Assembly: GCA_030167865.1 (NCBI GenBank)
Contig: JALAGF010001731.1
Span: 1 to 35,013, forward strand
From: Craspedostauros australis
Taxonomy: Eukaryota
Direction of reading: 5' to 3'
DNA: 35,013 bases
Part shown: piece after piece, positions 1-10,188 of the stretch
Layout: each line of letters begins with the position of its first letter
How positions within the stretch are numbered: position 1 is the first letter of the stretch
Translations under genes and position numbers: made by a program
Notes under the pieces: model-generated
What the model saw: only the letters and a program-made list of their open reading frames with translations
The model's database searches: none
Told to the model about the DNA's origin: nothing

Positions 1-789
1 CTCCAAAAGATGCAAAATGCGCGTTGGTCGAAGTCCCTGGTCGTATCTGACTACACTAGTCCTCAGAGCATCAGGAACACGCCGTGGATGTTGTATCGGG
101 TGAACTAGGATATGAGCAAAGATTCCTCAGCTGGATCATGAAGGGGTCCTTTTATATTTGCGCGTAGATATCATATGTGAAGCTTACAGGCATATTCGAC
201 ATCTTAATCGCTCTCTATCGCTCCATGCACCTCTCATTCGGAATGCTAGTTTCATCATCACTAGCATCTCAAAAAAATATCATTGTTACGACAAGGACGA
301 CTCAACATTTCTGCAAATGAAGAGAAATGATTGGCCATTCGTTTCGTTCCAACACGTGGAAGGTTGGATTGCCGGGACTGCAATGTGAAACTCAATTGTG
401 TTTTTGGCTCCTAAAACGCAATCGAGTTTCACTTTCCGAGGGGGAAGTTCGCATGTTGCCCCTCTAAAAATATCATTATCAGGTTATTTTGTACCGTGGG
501 ACTCCCAATGTGAAATGCGATAGGCCTCTAGTCACGAACATCAACGACAGGGACAACACCACCACAAACACAACCGGTCTTCTCCTCCGATCCCAACCAT
601 GACCGCACAATCGCATCCCAACACGGCCTTCGGCATCTCCCACACCGCTCTTTCCGCAACCTGGAAGTTCCACCACTGTCGATCATCTTTGCTGATCAAC
701 AAGTCCTGTTCTCTGGCGCACCATCGTTTGCGCTCATTGTCATTGTCGCCAACAACGACACTCACAGAGCAATCGACGAGACGACCTGG

Positions 790-2575
790 ATGGCCACGCA
801 ACTACATACAACGGGTCAGTATGTCGCCCTTGCGGCGGCGCTGACGATCAGCAGTCTGCTGTCAATCGTCTGCTCGATCCTGATCATCATCCAGGTCAAG
901 AAGGACCTCAAGAAGGTGTATCATCGCATCCTGCTCATGATCTGTCTGGGAGATCTGGCGATGAGCACATCCAACCTATTCCACCCGTACCTTCTGGACT
1001 CCAAGAAAACTACCGCTCCATACGCGGTCGGGAATACGGCGTCGTGCTCCGTCGTAGGCTTCTTCCTCTACGGTTCCTTCCTCTTCCTCTCGATCCACAG
1101 CTCCTTCCTCTCCCTCAACTTTCTCCTGCAGATTCGATACAATTGGACGGAGCAGCAGGTGAAGACGCGGGCCGAGACCATGTTCCACATCATCGCCGCA
1201 ACGGTCGGTCTCGGAATTCCAATCGCAGGCATCGCGACGCAGGGGATAACAACCTCAGAACAGGCCGATCTTTGCTTGATGATCGCCTACCCGAACGGTT
1301 GCATATCAGATGACAATGTTGAATGCGAGCGTGGAGAGATCACGGAGACCTATGTGTTGGCCGCGCAGTTGTACACGACCTACTTCTTTGGGTCATTGGG
1401 CGTTGTGTGCACCTTCCTCTTGTATCGCACGGTCCGCAGCGTCACCCTTCGGAGCGACCGCCATGCCTTCGGCGGTGAAGAGGAAGCGCTGGACGATAGC
1501 ACGAAGAACCGGTTGCGGCTGGTGTCGAGACAATGCGTCCTGTACGCGCTGTAAGTTCTATCGGCGATTCAATTTCATGCAGGTTGCTGCGGATCAGATC
1601 CGGTGGTTGTGCTGGAAATGGTGCCACGTACGCCGCAATATTGCGTCGTGCGTCGCGCTGTGCGGCGCATGCGATAGCCATGGACTAAAACCTTCTTTGA
1701 TACGTCCAGGAGTAGATGAAGTATGCTGGCGAACAAGTCATCAATCCGCCGAGCATGAACTTCGCGCTATTCACGATTCGACCCAGCCCAGCTGAACTCA
1801 ATTCAATTCACTTCACATCGATGCCTTTTGCCACATTCACATTCAAACTTGCCACCTCCACCCAATGAAATGGAATGGAACGATGTAACCAAACACTGCA
1901 AATCAACGGCCACCACTATTGTGCTCTTCCTTCCATCCACCATTCACTCTCGACACTGACAATGCCATCCTCAGCGCATACTTTAATACCATCCTTTGGC
2001 CAGGCTTGGCCCAATTCACGTTGGACAATATTGACTTCGACGAGCACAAGGGTGAATTTGGGATCTTCGCGCTGAAGTTCGCAACATTCCTCTTCTACCC
2101 ACTGCAAGGATTCTTCAACTTCATCATCTTCACCATGCCGAGGTACCAGCAATGGAGAAGAGCGCTGCCTGATGAGCCATGGTCTTACGTGCTGCGGTGC
2201 TCTGTATCCAGTCGGGATGTGCCCAGGGTTCGACGTCCAGGGTCGCGGACAAGTTCCACAAAATTCCATCACCCGTCAGAAGCTTTACATTTCCGCATCT
2301 CTGACAGACCTCCATCTGGTAGATCACATGCATCTGAACCGTTCAGAGTTACAAGGCACGCTGCGCAAGCATTGTCGCCATCTGCAGCAAAGCACAAGGA
2401 ATGCAGCAGTCCCAACAGATCATCACGTCAAACTGAACCCGGTGCGAGCACTGCAGAGGAGGAGGAGAAGGAATCCAACACCACTGATCGGGAGCATGAA
2501 GAGACATCCAATTCAGTCAGCCCAACAGAGGCACTTGACGATAGCCAACAGAGCACCAATGAAACTCGCACATGA
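790..2575 (+). CDS. 7TM GPCR-like receptor (cAMP-receptor/Git3-like, diatom type), copy 1; exons 790-1550 and 1975-2575, ~453 aa
   Basis: Five hydrophobic helices in ORF 790-1554 and two more in ORF 1919-2575. They are joined in frame by a phase-2 intron (CT|GTAAGT at 1551; CTGAC branch-like site; TCAG| at 1974), giving VLYAL-AYFNT. Motifs: YHRILLMICLGDL, GNTASC, C-x-YP-x-GC...VEC-x-RG loop, FYPLQGFFNFIIF-x-x-PR in TM7. Confidence 0.88.
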
Positions 2576-3196
2576 TGGTCCTGGCATGGTCTCCATCCAT
2601 TGAGTACAACGGTATGTACGTCGTGGTCATGGCACAAATCATGCTCCTGATGCGCCCAGCTTATTCGACGGTGACAACGATCAGGGTTGCATTTGCGTCG
2701 CATCTGATCACGCTCTCCGTACCGGTCATGGTCCTCACTTCTGATTGGGAGATCATCCTGTGCCGAACCATCTGAGTACAAACGCAAGATCCGATGTCAA
2801 TGGGAGCAAGTCGATGTCGAAGTTGAACCTGTTGGGAGTTCGCGACTGTGGCGCTTGCCGACAAGACATCATGAGTGTTCACGGATGCAATCAATTGAAT
2901 GTAGCCTCGTCGCTGTCGCAGAATCCCGCGATGAACCAAATGGCTCAGAGAGGCTCGCTCTGATACCACAGCACCGTGTCAAGCCTGGACACTTGTGACC
3001 CGAATGTGAGAACCATGAACGCTGCTCTGTCCATGAAAGACGACGGCCAACCTATTCTATTTCGTGAAAGCATGGATACAGATGTCGAACATGTGCTCCA
3101 TTCGGCCATTGCTACAGCTACGGAAGTATCGCGTTTGCATCCAACTATGCGCACCACACCACAAACGTACGTGGCATTGCGAGAAGAAGAAACAAT

Positions 3197-3660
3197 ACGA
3201 CGGCACATCCTGACACACAGGTCATGCAGAATGCTCCGCTACACTCTTCACCGCCTCCGTTGTCGACGTGCAGGATACTGTCCAGAGACAGGAGAGGCGA
3301 CATTCTTTCACCTCAACCGAACCCTTGCCGAATCTGCATCTGCTGTTGTGCGACAAGAGGGTTCGAACCAGGGGACTGCGGCTTCGTGTGGGATGGTGGG
3401 AGAAGCAAGGAGAGGCTGACCTTGCTCGGGAGTGGACGAGTCGGTCAGATTCTGGGAGGGTTGTCACTTGGGGAGGGACTATCGGGACGACTACCACAGC
3501 ACAGGCTCGGTCCTGTTGGGTTTCTTCGAATTGCCAAGGAAATTGTCGATGGCACCCATGCTACCAGCAACCGCGCATGAGGGCAGGCTGGACAACAAGC
3601 TCAATGCCTGCGATGTTTGGCGAAAACTATACCTCTTTAGAACAGGCAAGATGTCGACCT
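3197..3660 (-). pseudogene. Decayed internal fragment of the ankyrin-repeat gene (homologous to ~7907-8400)
   Basis: Direct nucleotide similarity, e.g. 3376 ctgcggcttcgtgtgggatgg = 8101 ctgcggcttcgtgtgggatgg, and gtgcaggatact in both. Translated remnants AGSM..IDNFLGNSKK, QNLTDSS, LLPPSHTKPQ and PLLS-x-x-SILH-x-DNG match the intact protein but are broken by stops and a frameshift. The right boundary is approximate. Confidence 0.88.
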
Positions 3661-4367
3661 GGTGGCGCTGTGATTCATGAAGAGGATGTGGGCGATCTCT
3701 GGCCTCCGCCAGCGTCCCCATCGGCCACCCGCAATGGCTTCTCGCTCATGGATCGTCCTTTGGATGGTTATTGGGCCTCTGTGACACATTCAGAAAGGTC
3801 GGAGAAGGGGTGTTCCGTGTCCAAGATATTCTCTTGGGTTCACGACATGAACAAAGATAGAAGCTTTTCTCCACACAAGCAAAGCAGAGCGCAAGCGCTT
3901 CGACGTAATTGCTCCCGTTCGTCCTCTGTTCATGGCTCGTACCTAAGCCCGATCGACATTGCTGCCGCTACAATTCCCCCCTTGTTTGCGTTCGCTGATA
4001 CGTGACTTCCGGGCTGGATAACAGATTAATTCTCCACACAAACAACCAAGAGGGGCGTAATCACTCCAGGAATGGAACCTTTCGACGTCCGGCGCTGTCG
4101 TTGTGGGAAGATTGTGCGTCAACAACTCCAGAGTCACGAACATCACATAAAGCCTTCTCCTCCTCCGATCCCAACCACACTCACACAATTTCAACTCAAC
4201 GCAGTCTCTGACATCTCCGACGCTGTTCATTCCACAACCTGAAAGTTCCACCACTGTCGATCATATTTGCTGACCAACAAGTCCTGTTCTCTGGCGCACC
4301 ATCGTTTGCGCTCATTGTCATCGTCACCAACAACGGCACCCACAGAGCAATCGACGAGACGACCTGG

Positions 4368-6032
4368 ATGGCCACGCAACTACATACAACGGGCCAGTAC
4401 GTCGCCCTTGCGGCGGCGCTGACGATCAGCAGTCTGCTATCGATCGTCTGCTCGATCCTGATCATCATCCAAATCAGCAAGAACCTCAAGAAGGTGTATC
4501 ATCGTATCCTGCTCATGATCTGTCTGGGAGATCTGGTGATGAGCATATCCAACGTGCTCCACCCGTACCTCCTCGACTCCGAGAGGACCACCGCTCCGTA
4601 CGCAATTGGGAACACGGCATCGTGCTCCGCCATGGGTTTCTTCCTCTACGGCTCCTTTCTCTTCCTCACGATCCACAGCTCCTTCCTCTCCCTCAACTTC
4701 CTTCTACAGATTCGATACGAGTGGACGGACGAACAGGTCAAGAAGAGGTTGGAGACCATGTTCCACATCATCGCCACAACGGTCGGTCTCGGAATTCCAA
4801 TCGCAGGCATCGCGATGCAAGGGATAACAGCCTCGGAACACAATGGGCTTTGCGTGATAAGGGCCTACCCAGATGGTTGCATAGCAGATGACAATGTTGA
4901 ATGCGAGCGTGGGGAGGCTGCAGATCCGTATCTGTCAACGATGCAGTTGTACACGACCTGCTTCTTCGGATTGCTGGGCGTTGTCTGCACCTTCCTCCTG
5001 TACCGCACGGTCCGCAGCATCACCCTTCAGAGCGACCGCCATGCCTTCGGCGGTGAAGAAGCAGCGCTCGACGATAGCAGGAAGAACCGGTTGCGGCTGG
5101 TGTCGAGACAATGCGTCCTGTACGCGCTGTAAGTACCCTCGCTGATAGAATCTCGTCCGGGTTGCTGTGGGTCAGATCCTGTCGTTGCGTTGTGCGGTGT
5201 ATGCGACAGTCAAAGACTGAAACTATATTTGGCACGAGATGACAACGTTGGGCAAAACTCAGATCAACTCGGCTCAATCCAATTCACATCGATGCCTTTG
5301 TGTCGCACTCACATCGACATTTGCTTGTTCCGCTGCATCGAATCGAATGGAATGGAATGGAATGAAATCAAACACCAACCATCGACGCCAATCACCACTA
5401 TGCTCTGCATCCCATCCACCGCCACCACCACCACCAACCACAACAACAACAATGCCATCCGCAGCGCATATTTCAACACCGTCCTTTGGTCGGGCGTATC
5501 TGAATTGACGATGAGAATGATTGACTTCGACGAGCACAAGGGTGAATTTGGGATCTTTGCTGTGAAGTTCGCGGCATTTCTCTTCTTCCCACTGCAAGGA
5601 TTCTTCAACTTCATCATTTTCATCATGCCGAGGTACCAGCAATGGAGAAGAGCACTGCCTGACGAGTCGTTGATGTACGTGCTGCGGTGCTCCATATCCA
5701 GCCGGGACGTGCCGAAGGCCCAGCGTCCAAAGTCGCGGACAAGTTCCACAAAACTCCATCACCCCTCGGAGACGCTGCACAAATGCATTTCCAGTACACC
5801 CGCACCTGGCAGGTGGGACGCAGATGAACTACCCCGAGTTACAAGGAACGCGGCACAGGCGCCACCATCATCTGTGATGAAGCACAAGGAATGCGGCAGC
5901 AGCTCTTGCAGGTCACCAGGTGGAAGCGAACCAATATTTGCACCGAAGGAGGAATCCAACAGCACTGATCGGGAACATGAAGAGACAGTCAATTCAGGAA
6001 GCCCCCCAGAGTCACTCGACGGAATCCAATAG
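4368..6032 (+). CDS. 7TM GPCR-like receptor, copy 2 (tandem paralogue); exons 4368-5128 and 5465-6032, ~442 aa
   Basis: Exon 1 has the same length as in copy 1 (761 nt) and the same intron position and phase (CT|GTAAGT at 5129; GCAG| at 5464). Same motifs as copy 1, including FFPLQGFFNFIIFIMPRY. Confidence 0.88.
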
Positions 6033-7116
6033 AACACCAATGATTCCACGCACATGATGGTCTAGGATCGTCACCGCCAGTGCAATGCCCCTCTACGTCT
6101 TGATCATGACAAGTGCCGTGCTCCTTACTTGCCCGACTTCTCTGTCGCCGCTGCCTCCTCCTCACCCAAGGATGACTGCATTTACGTCACATCTGATCGT
6201 GCCCTCCACCGTACCAGCCATGGTCCTCACCCCCCATCGGAAGAACGTCCTTTGCCCTCCTACCTGAGCACAAGCGTGATCCGATGTGGACAGAACCAAA
6301 CTCCACCCGGGGCTAAACCTGCAGGAGATTGTCAACGCGGCACTTGTCAAAGAGGCATTCAGAGCGTTCATGAACAATTCAATCAAATGCGCTCTCGGTG
6401 CCGTCGTTGAAAGCCCCCTTTTCATGACGGCAGCCTTCTGGACATCGCTGATTCGCAAACGGGATCATTTATAAATGGTGTGGTCAGGAAATATGACGGC
6501 CACCAGGATTTGCGTACGCCCGTATAGATCTGGGCGACCAGCTTGGACAATACTCAACACGGCCACATCTATGGAAGTATCGCGGTTGCATCCATCCGTG
6601 CATATGACATCGTGAGAGCATGTGGCATCACCAACAGGAGAAGCATATGGCAGCGCTGCAGCAAGGCTCTGCAAATACTACTGCGTCCGTTAAAGTTTCG
6701 GCCTTGACGCCACACCGCTCGAAGCGCCGAAACATTACGGACGGAGTGGTACAGGACAACCGTTTGCAGCTCATGCACAAGCACCAACATCCCTTGGGCG
6801 AAAAATGCACATTTCTGGTAGACATGGAGGCAGCAAACATGGACATGGCCACACCTACAGTTGCCTGCCTTTGATGACGCAATAAGCATTGCACAATAAA
6901 TAGTCTGACATATAAATATTGCGAATCTATTCAGTGAATGGTTTACCACGAGCAGTTTGTCTGTACCGCATCCCCGCCATACCGGAGTACGAGCGGGCAG
7001 CGTTCTGCCCTCTGAAAAACTGGATCTCTGTTGTTTGCTCTCGTGATTGCTGCTTCATTCTCCTTTGTTGTTGTTTTGTAGTTTGCCCAAAATTTGATGA
7101 CGGCCACGGCCGACCA

Positions 7117-10100
7117 TTACTGTATGTTTGCTTCCATGATGTCGTCCAGCCCTTCCTCCAGCGTCCCTGGCACACCCGCCATTGACATGAGACCCGTTGG
7201 CATGGCATTGCCCACACCTCCCATGCCAAAATGCTTGGCCTTGGTGGGTTCCTTGGCCGAGTCGAAATGGTAGGCGCGATTTTCCAACGGCGAAAAGGCG
7301 GAGGATTGCAAGAAGTTCATGACATCTTCCGAGCAGCGCGTGGATTGCTGAGCGAGGTCCAAGGGCGTCATGGAGTTGAAGTTCCTCATTTCCAACGCCT
7401 TCGGATAGAGCTTGTAGAGCTGCTTGACGATGGAGACTGCGGCGCCGGAACTCACGGCCGTATGCAACGGGGTGTTGGCGCGGCGATCCGGCACTTCGAC
7501 GCATTTTGGATTCGTTTGGTACAGCACCTGGAGGATCGATGGATCGCACTTTGTTTGGATGGCAATCGCGAGCGAACTGGATCCCTCTTGTCCATCCTTC
7601 TGCACGAGGACGTTGGGATCGGCCTGCGCCAGCATCTGCACGACTTCCGCGGTTGCGTTGTGCTTGATGGCGATGTTGATTGGGTATCCGTAGACATCGC
7701 CGCCGCTTTGTCGCCCGTTGGCGTCCGTCGTTGTGATAGGCACAGCACGGCGCACCGCGTTGGGGTCTATGCGGATGGCCGATTCCACAACAGCTGCAGT
7801 CGTTGGATACAGCCGACAGGATTGATGCAGGAGACTGGAATCGGTGGAGATGGCGTCGCCCGAAGCTGCGCCACCGTTGTTTCTCATCCCCTGGCTGGAT
7901 TTGTTGACGACGGCGGATCCCGACACACCGGCCATGGGGAACGCACCGCTACGCCTGGCGGCAACTCCGTTATCGGCGTGCAGGATACTACCAGGAGACA
8001 GGAGCGGCGGCATTCCTCCGCTTTGGCCAGACCCTCGCTGCATCTGCTGCTGCTGTTCACGTTGTTGCTGCTGGTTTTGTCCCTGCTGTGCATCAGGGAA
8101 CTGCGGCTTCGTGTGGGATGGCGGGAGAAGGAAGGAGAGGTCGACCTTGCCGGGAGCCGACGAATCTGTCAGATTCTGAAAGGATTGCCTTTTGGAGAGT
8201 GATTTCTGAGACGACTGCCGCAGCAGGGATTGGGTCTTGGTGAGCTTCTTTGAATTCCTGAGGAAGTTGTTGATGGATGTCGAGGACGATCCCGATGCCG
8301 CCATGCTGCCCGCCGCCCCGGAGGATAGGAGGTTGCGGCTGCTGTGCCTCCTGGATGCGAGTAGCTTGGAGATGCTGGAGGTGGACTTGGTGGAGACCAG
8401 CTTGGAGGGGTCCTTCTTCATTCCCTTGCTGCTGAGGAGCTTCGCGAAGAGGGCGGAGCTCGATCTCTTCGTCGAGCTTCCCCACGTGGCATTCTTCTGT
8501 CCAGATTCGTCTGGTCCCGATATTTCGATGGCGGCCAAACGAGATCGGCTCCCGGCGTTGATGTAGCCGGAGCTCGTGTTGGCCGCATGGCGCAGCTTGG
8601 ACCTCGATATGCTGGCGGCGATGGGTCCTCTGGAGGGTCCCGACAGGACAGCGGATGAAATGGCGTTCCTTGGCAGACCCGAGACGCGGTTGAATCCCGG
8701 TGCCATCATGCCGCGGGCGTTCTTGTTGTTGCTGAAGGAGAAGTTAGCGTTGCCCATCCCGCCGTTGCCGGAGCCGCCGGATGTGTTGTACTTGGCCTTG
8801 AGGACGCGGGCGAGCATGCCGTCGGACATGGTGGACTTGAGCTGTGAGGCGTTCATGTTGTGGAAGACGGAGGAATGGGTGCCTGGGTTGTTGGGCCTTG
8901 AGGCGTTGTTGGTTGGCTGCGTGGAGTTCTGCTGCTGCTGTTTCAGTTTCTTCTCCTTGTAGAGTTCAAATGGCGACATGGACGCATCGCCTGCCGTTGA
9001 CGACAACGACGATGCCTGCATGTTCTGTCCTGAGGAACCGAGTTGCATGCCCATGGGACCGCCGATTCCCAGCGATGTTTCGGATGGGCTGGCCAGCATT
9101 GGAATTTCGTCCAATGTGCTGGCATCGAATATGCTGCTGCTGTTGTTGTTGTTGTTGGTATTGCTGTTGTTGTTGTTGCCCTGCATGGCTGCCTTGCGGC
9201 TTTTTTGGAGGGCATTGTTGCCTTGGAAAAGCGTGGATAACGATGGCGACGCGTTGGTCGGGAAGACGGACGCAAAGGTGGAGTTGCCTTTCGTCTTGAT
9301 TCGGTTGTTGCTGAATTGGTGGTTGCCGTTGTTGGGGACAGCCGCGTTCCCAAATGCAATGTCTGTGGTGGCATCGTCGACGGGATGGAAGCTGGCAGAC
9401 TGCTTCATGCCGGAAACGGCTTTGTTCGTGGCGCCAGAATTCATGTTTCGGTTGGATGGCACGTTGCGCTGTTGCTGCCCCATGGCGACGTCGCTGTTGA
9501 TCGCGCCATTGGCGGACGCGTTGACGCCAGGATACGGCAGACCGAACTGAAGGCTGTTGGAATTGGAGGGGGCCGGTCCCATGCCCGCACCTGGGGCTGG
9601 CCTGTTGAAGGAGCCGGACAGCATTCTGCTATCGCTCTTGTCAGCTGATGACGAGTTGTTGGAGTGGTGCGACATGGCTTGCAACGACAAGGAGTTGTTG
9701 TCCGTGTGGAGACCGTCATCCGCGATGCCAGCGCTGTTGTGCAGAGGCGGTGTGCTGCTGGAGTGGTTGGAGTGGAATTTGGAGATGCTGTTGTTGTTGT
9801 TGTTGTTGCTGTTGTTGCCATCTTCGCCTAGATTGTTGGCTGATGACATGAAGTCCATCATCATGGAGATGGATCCATTCATGGAGCCGTTCATCGACAG
9901 GTTGCCGAGCGTGAGGAAGGCATCCGTATCCACATCTCCGCTGCCAGCACCGCCAGCGCCTCCTCCGAGCATACTGGATGCCCGGAAGCTGCTGTTGTTG
10001 ACATTGGCCAAGGACTCCGAGTTCATATCATCCGCATTGTCTCTGAGGAACTTGTCGAAGAAGTCGCCGTCGCCGCCGACTGAATCCTCCAGCGACGTCG

Positions 10101-10188
10101 TCGCGAAGGTGGATGCGGATGCCAGATCTTCGTTCTTCATTGTGCCGCTGCCACTGCTCATTGTGAGTGCTGTATCCAGCGTGTTCAT
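7117..10188 (-). CDS. Large N/S/Q/G/M-rich low-complexity protein with C-terminal ankyrin repeats, 1023 aa
   Basis: Uninterrupted 3072-nt ORF with coding-like codon usage. The C-terminal ~200 aa have ankyrin-type repeats (SLLHQSC, YPINIAIKHNA, SSLAIAIQ, NTPLHTAVSSGA, MTPLDLAQ). Confidence 0.9.
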   Translation of the reverse strand: MNTLDTALTMSSGSGTMKNEDLASASTFATTSLEDSVGGDGDFFDKFLRDNADDMNSESLANVNNSSFRASSMLGGGAGGAGSGDVDTDAFLTLGNLSMNGSMNGSISMMMDFMSSANNLGEDGNNSNNNNNNSISKFHSNHSSSTPPLHNSAGIADDGLHTDNNSLSLQAMSHHSNNSSSADKSDSRMLSGSFNRPAPGAGMGPAPSNSNSLQFGLPYPGVNASANGAINSDVAMGQQQRNVPSNRNMNSGATNKAVSGMKQSASFHPVDDATTDIAFGNAAVPNNGNHQFSNNRIKTKGNSTFASVFPTNASPSLSTLFQGNNALQKSRKAAMQGNNNNSNTNNNNNSSSIFDASTLDEIPMLASPSETSLGIGGPMGMQLGSSGQNMQASSLSSTAGDASMSPFELYKEKKLKQQQQNSTQPTNNASRPNNPGTHSSVFHNMNASQLKSTMSDGMLARVLKAKYNTSGGSGNGGMGNANFSFSNNKNARGMMAPGFNRVSGLPRNAISSAVLSGPSRGPIAASISRSKLRHAANTSSGYINAGSRSRLAAIEISGPDESGQKNATWGSSTKRSSSALFAKLLSSKGMKKDPSKLVSTKSTSSISKLLASRRHSSRNLLSSGAAGSMAASGSSSTSINNFLRNSKKLTKTQSLLRQSSQKSLSKRQSFQNLTDSSAPGKVDLSFLLPPSHTKPQFPDAQQGQNQQQQREQQQQMQRGSGQSGGMPPLLSPGSILHADNGVAARRSGAFPMAGVSGSAVVNKSSQGMRNNGGAASGDAISTDSSLLHQSCRLYPTTAAVVESAIRIDPNAVRRAVPITTTDANGRQSGGDVYGYPINIAIKHNATAEVVQMLAQADPNVLVQKDGQEGSSSLAIAIQTKCDPSILQVLYQTNPKCVEVPDRRANTPLHTAVSSGAAVSIVKQLYKLYPKALEMRNFNSMTPLDLAQQSTRCSEDVMNFLQSSAFSPLENRAYHFDSAKEPTKAKHFGMGGVGNAMPTGLMSMAGVPGTLEEGLDDIMEANIQ

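Larger units (their letters stand above)
530..3660 (+). repeat. First unit of a tandem segmental duplication (partner ~4131-6648 plus ~7907-8400)
   Basis: Similarity starts at agtcacgaacatca (530 vs ~4132). It runs through the receptor gene and its downstream DNA (3121 cggaagtatcgcgtttgcatcca vs 6572 tggaagtatcgcggttgcatcca), then jumps into the ankyrin gene. Confidence 0.85.

Noticed and set aside
495..532. TGGGA-C-TCCCA mini-hairpin followed by CTAG-T (Helitron 3'-end-like) at the duplication boundary
   Set aside because: The stem is too short with a 1-nt loop, and no 5' end or Rep/helicase sequence is visible.
7231..8202. 323-aa plus-strand ORF (also 8978-9550 and 9557-10303)
   Set aside because: Antisense shadows of the ankyrin gene. 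No domain features; poly-L tracts simply mirror the poly-N codons.
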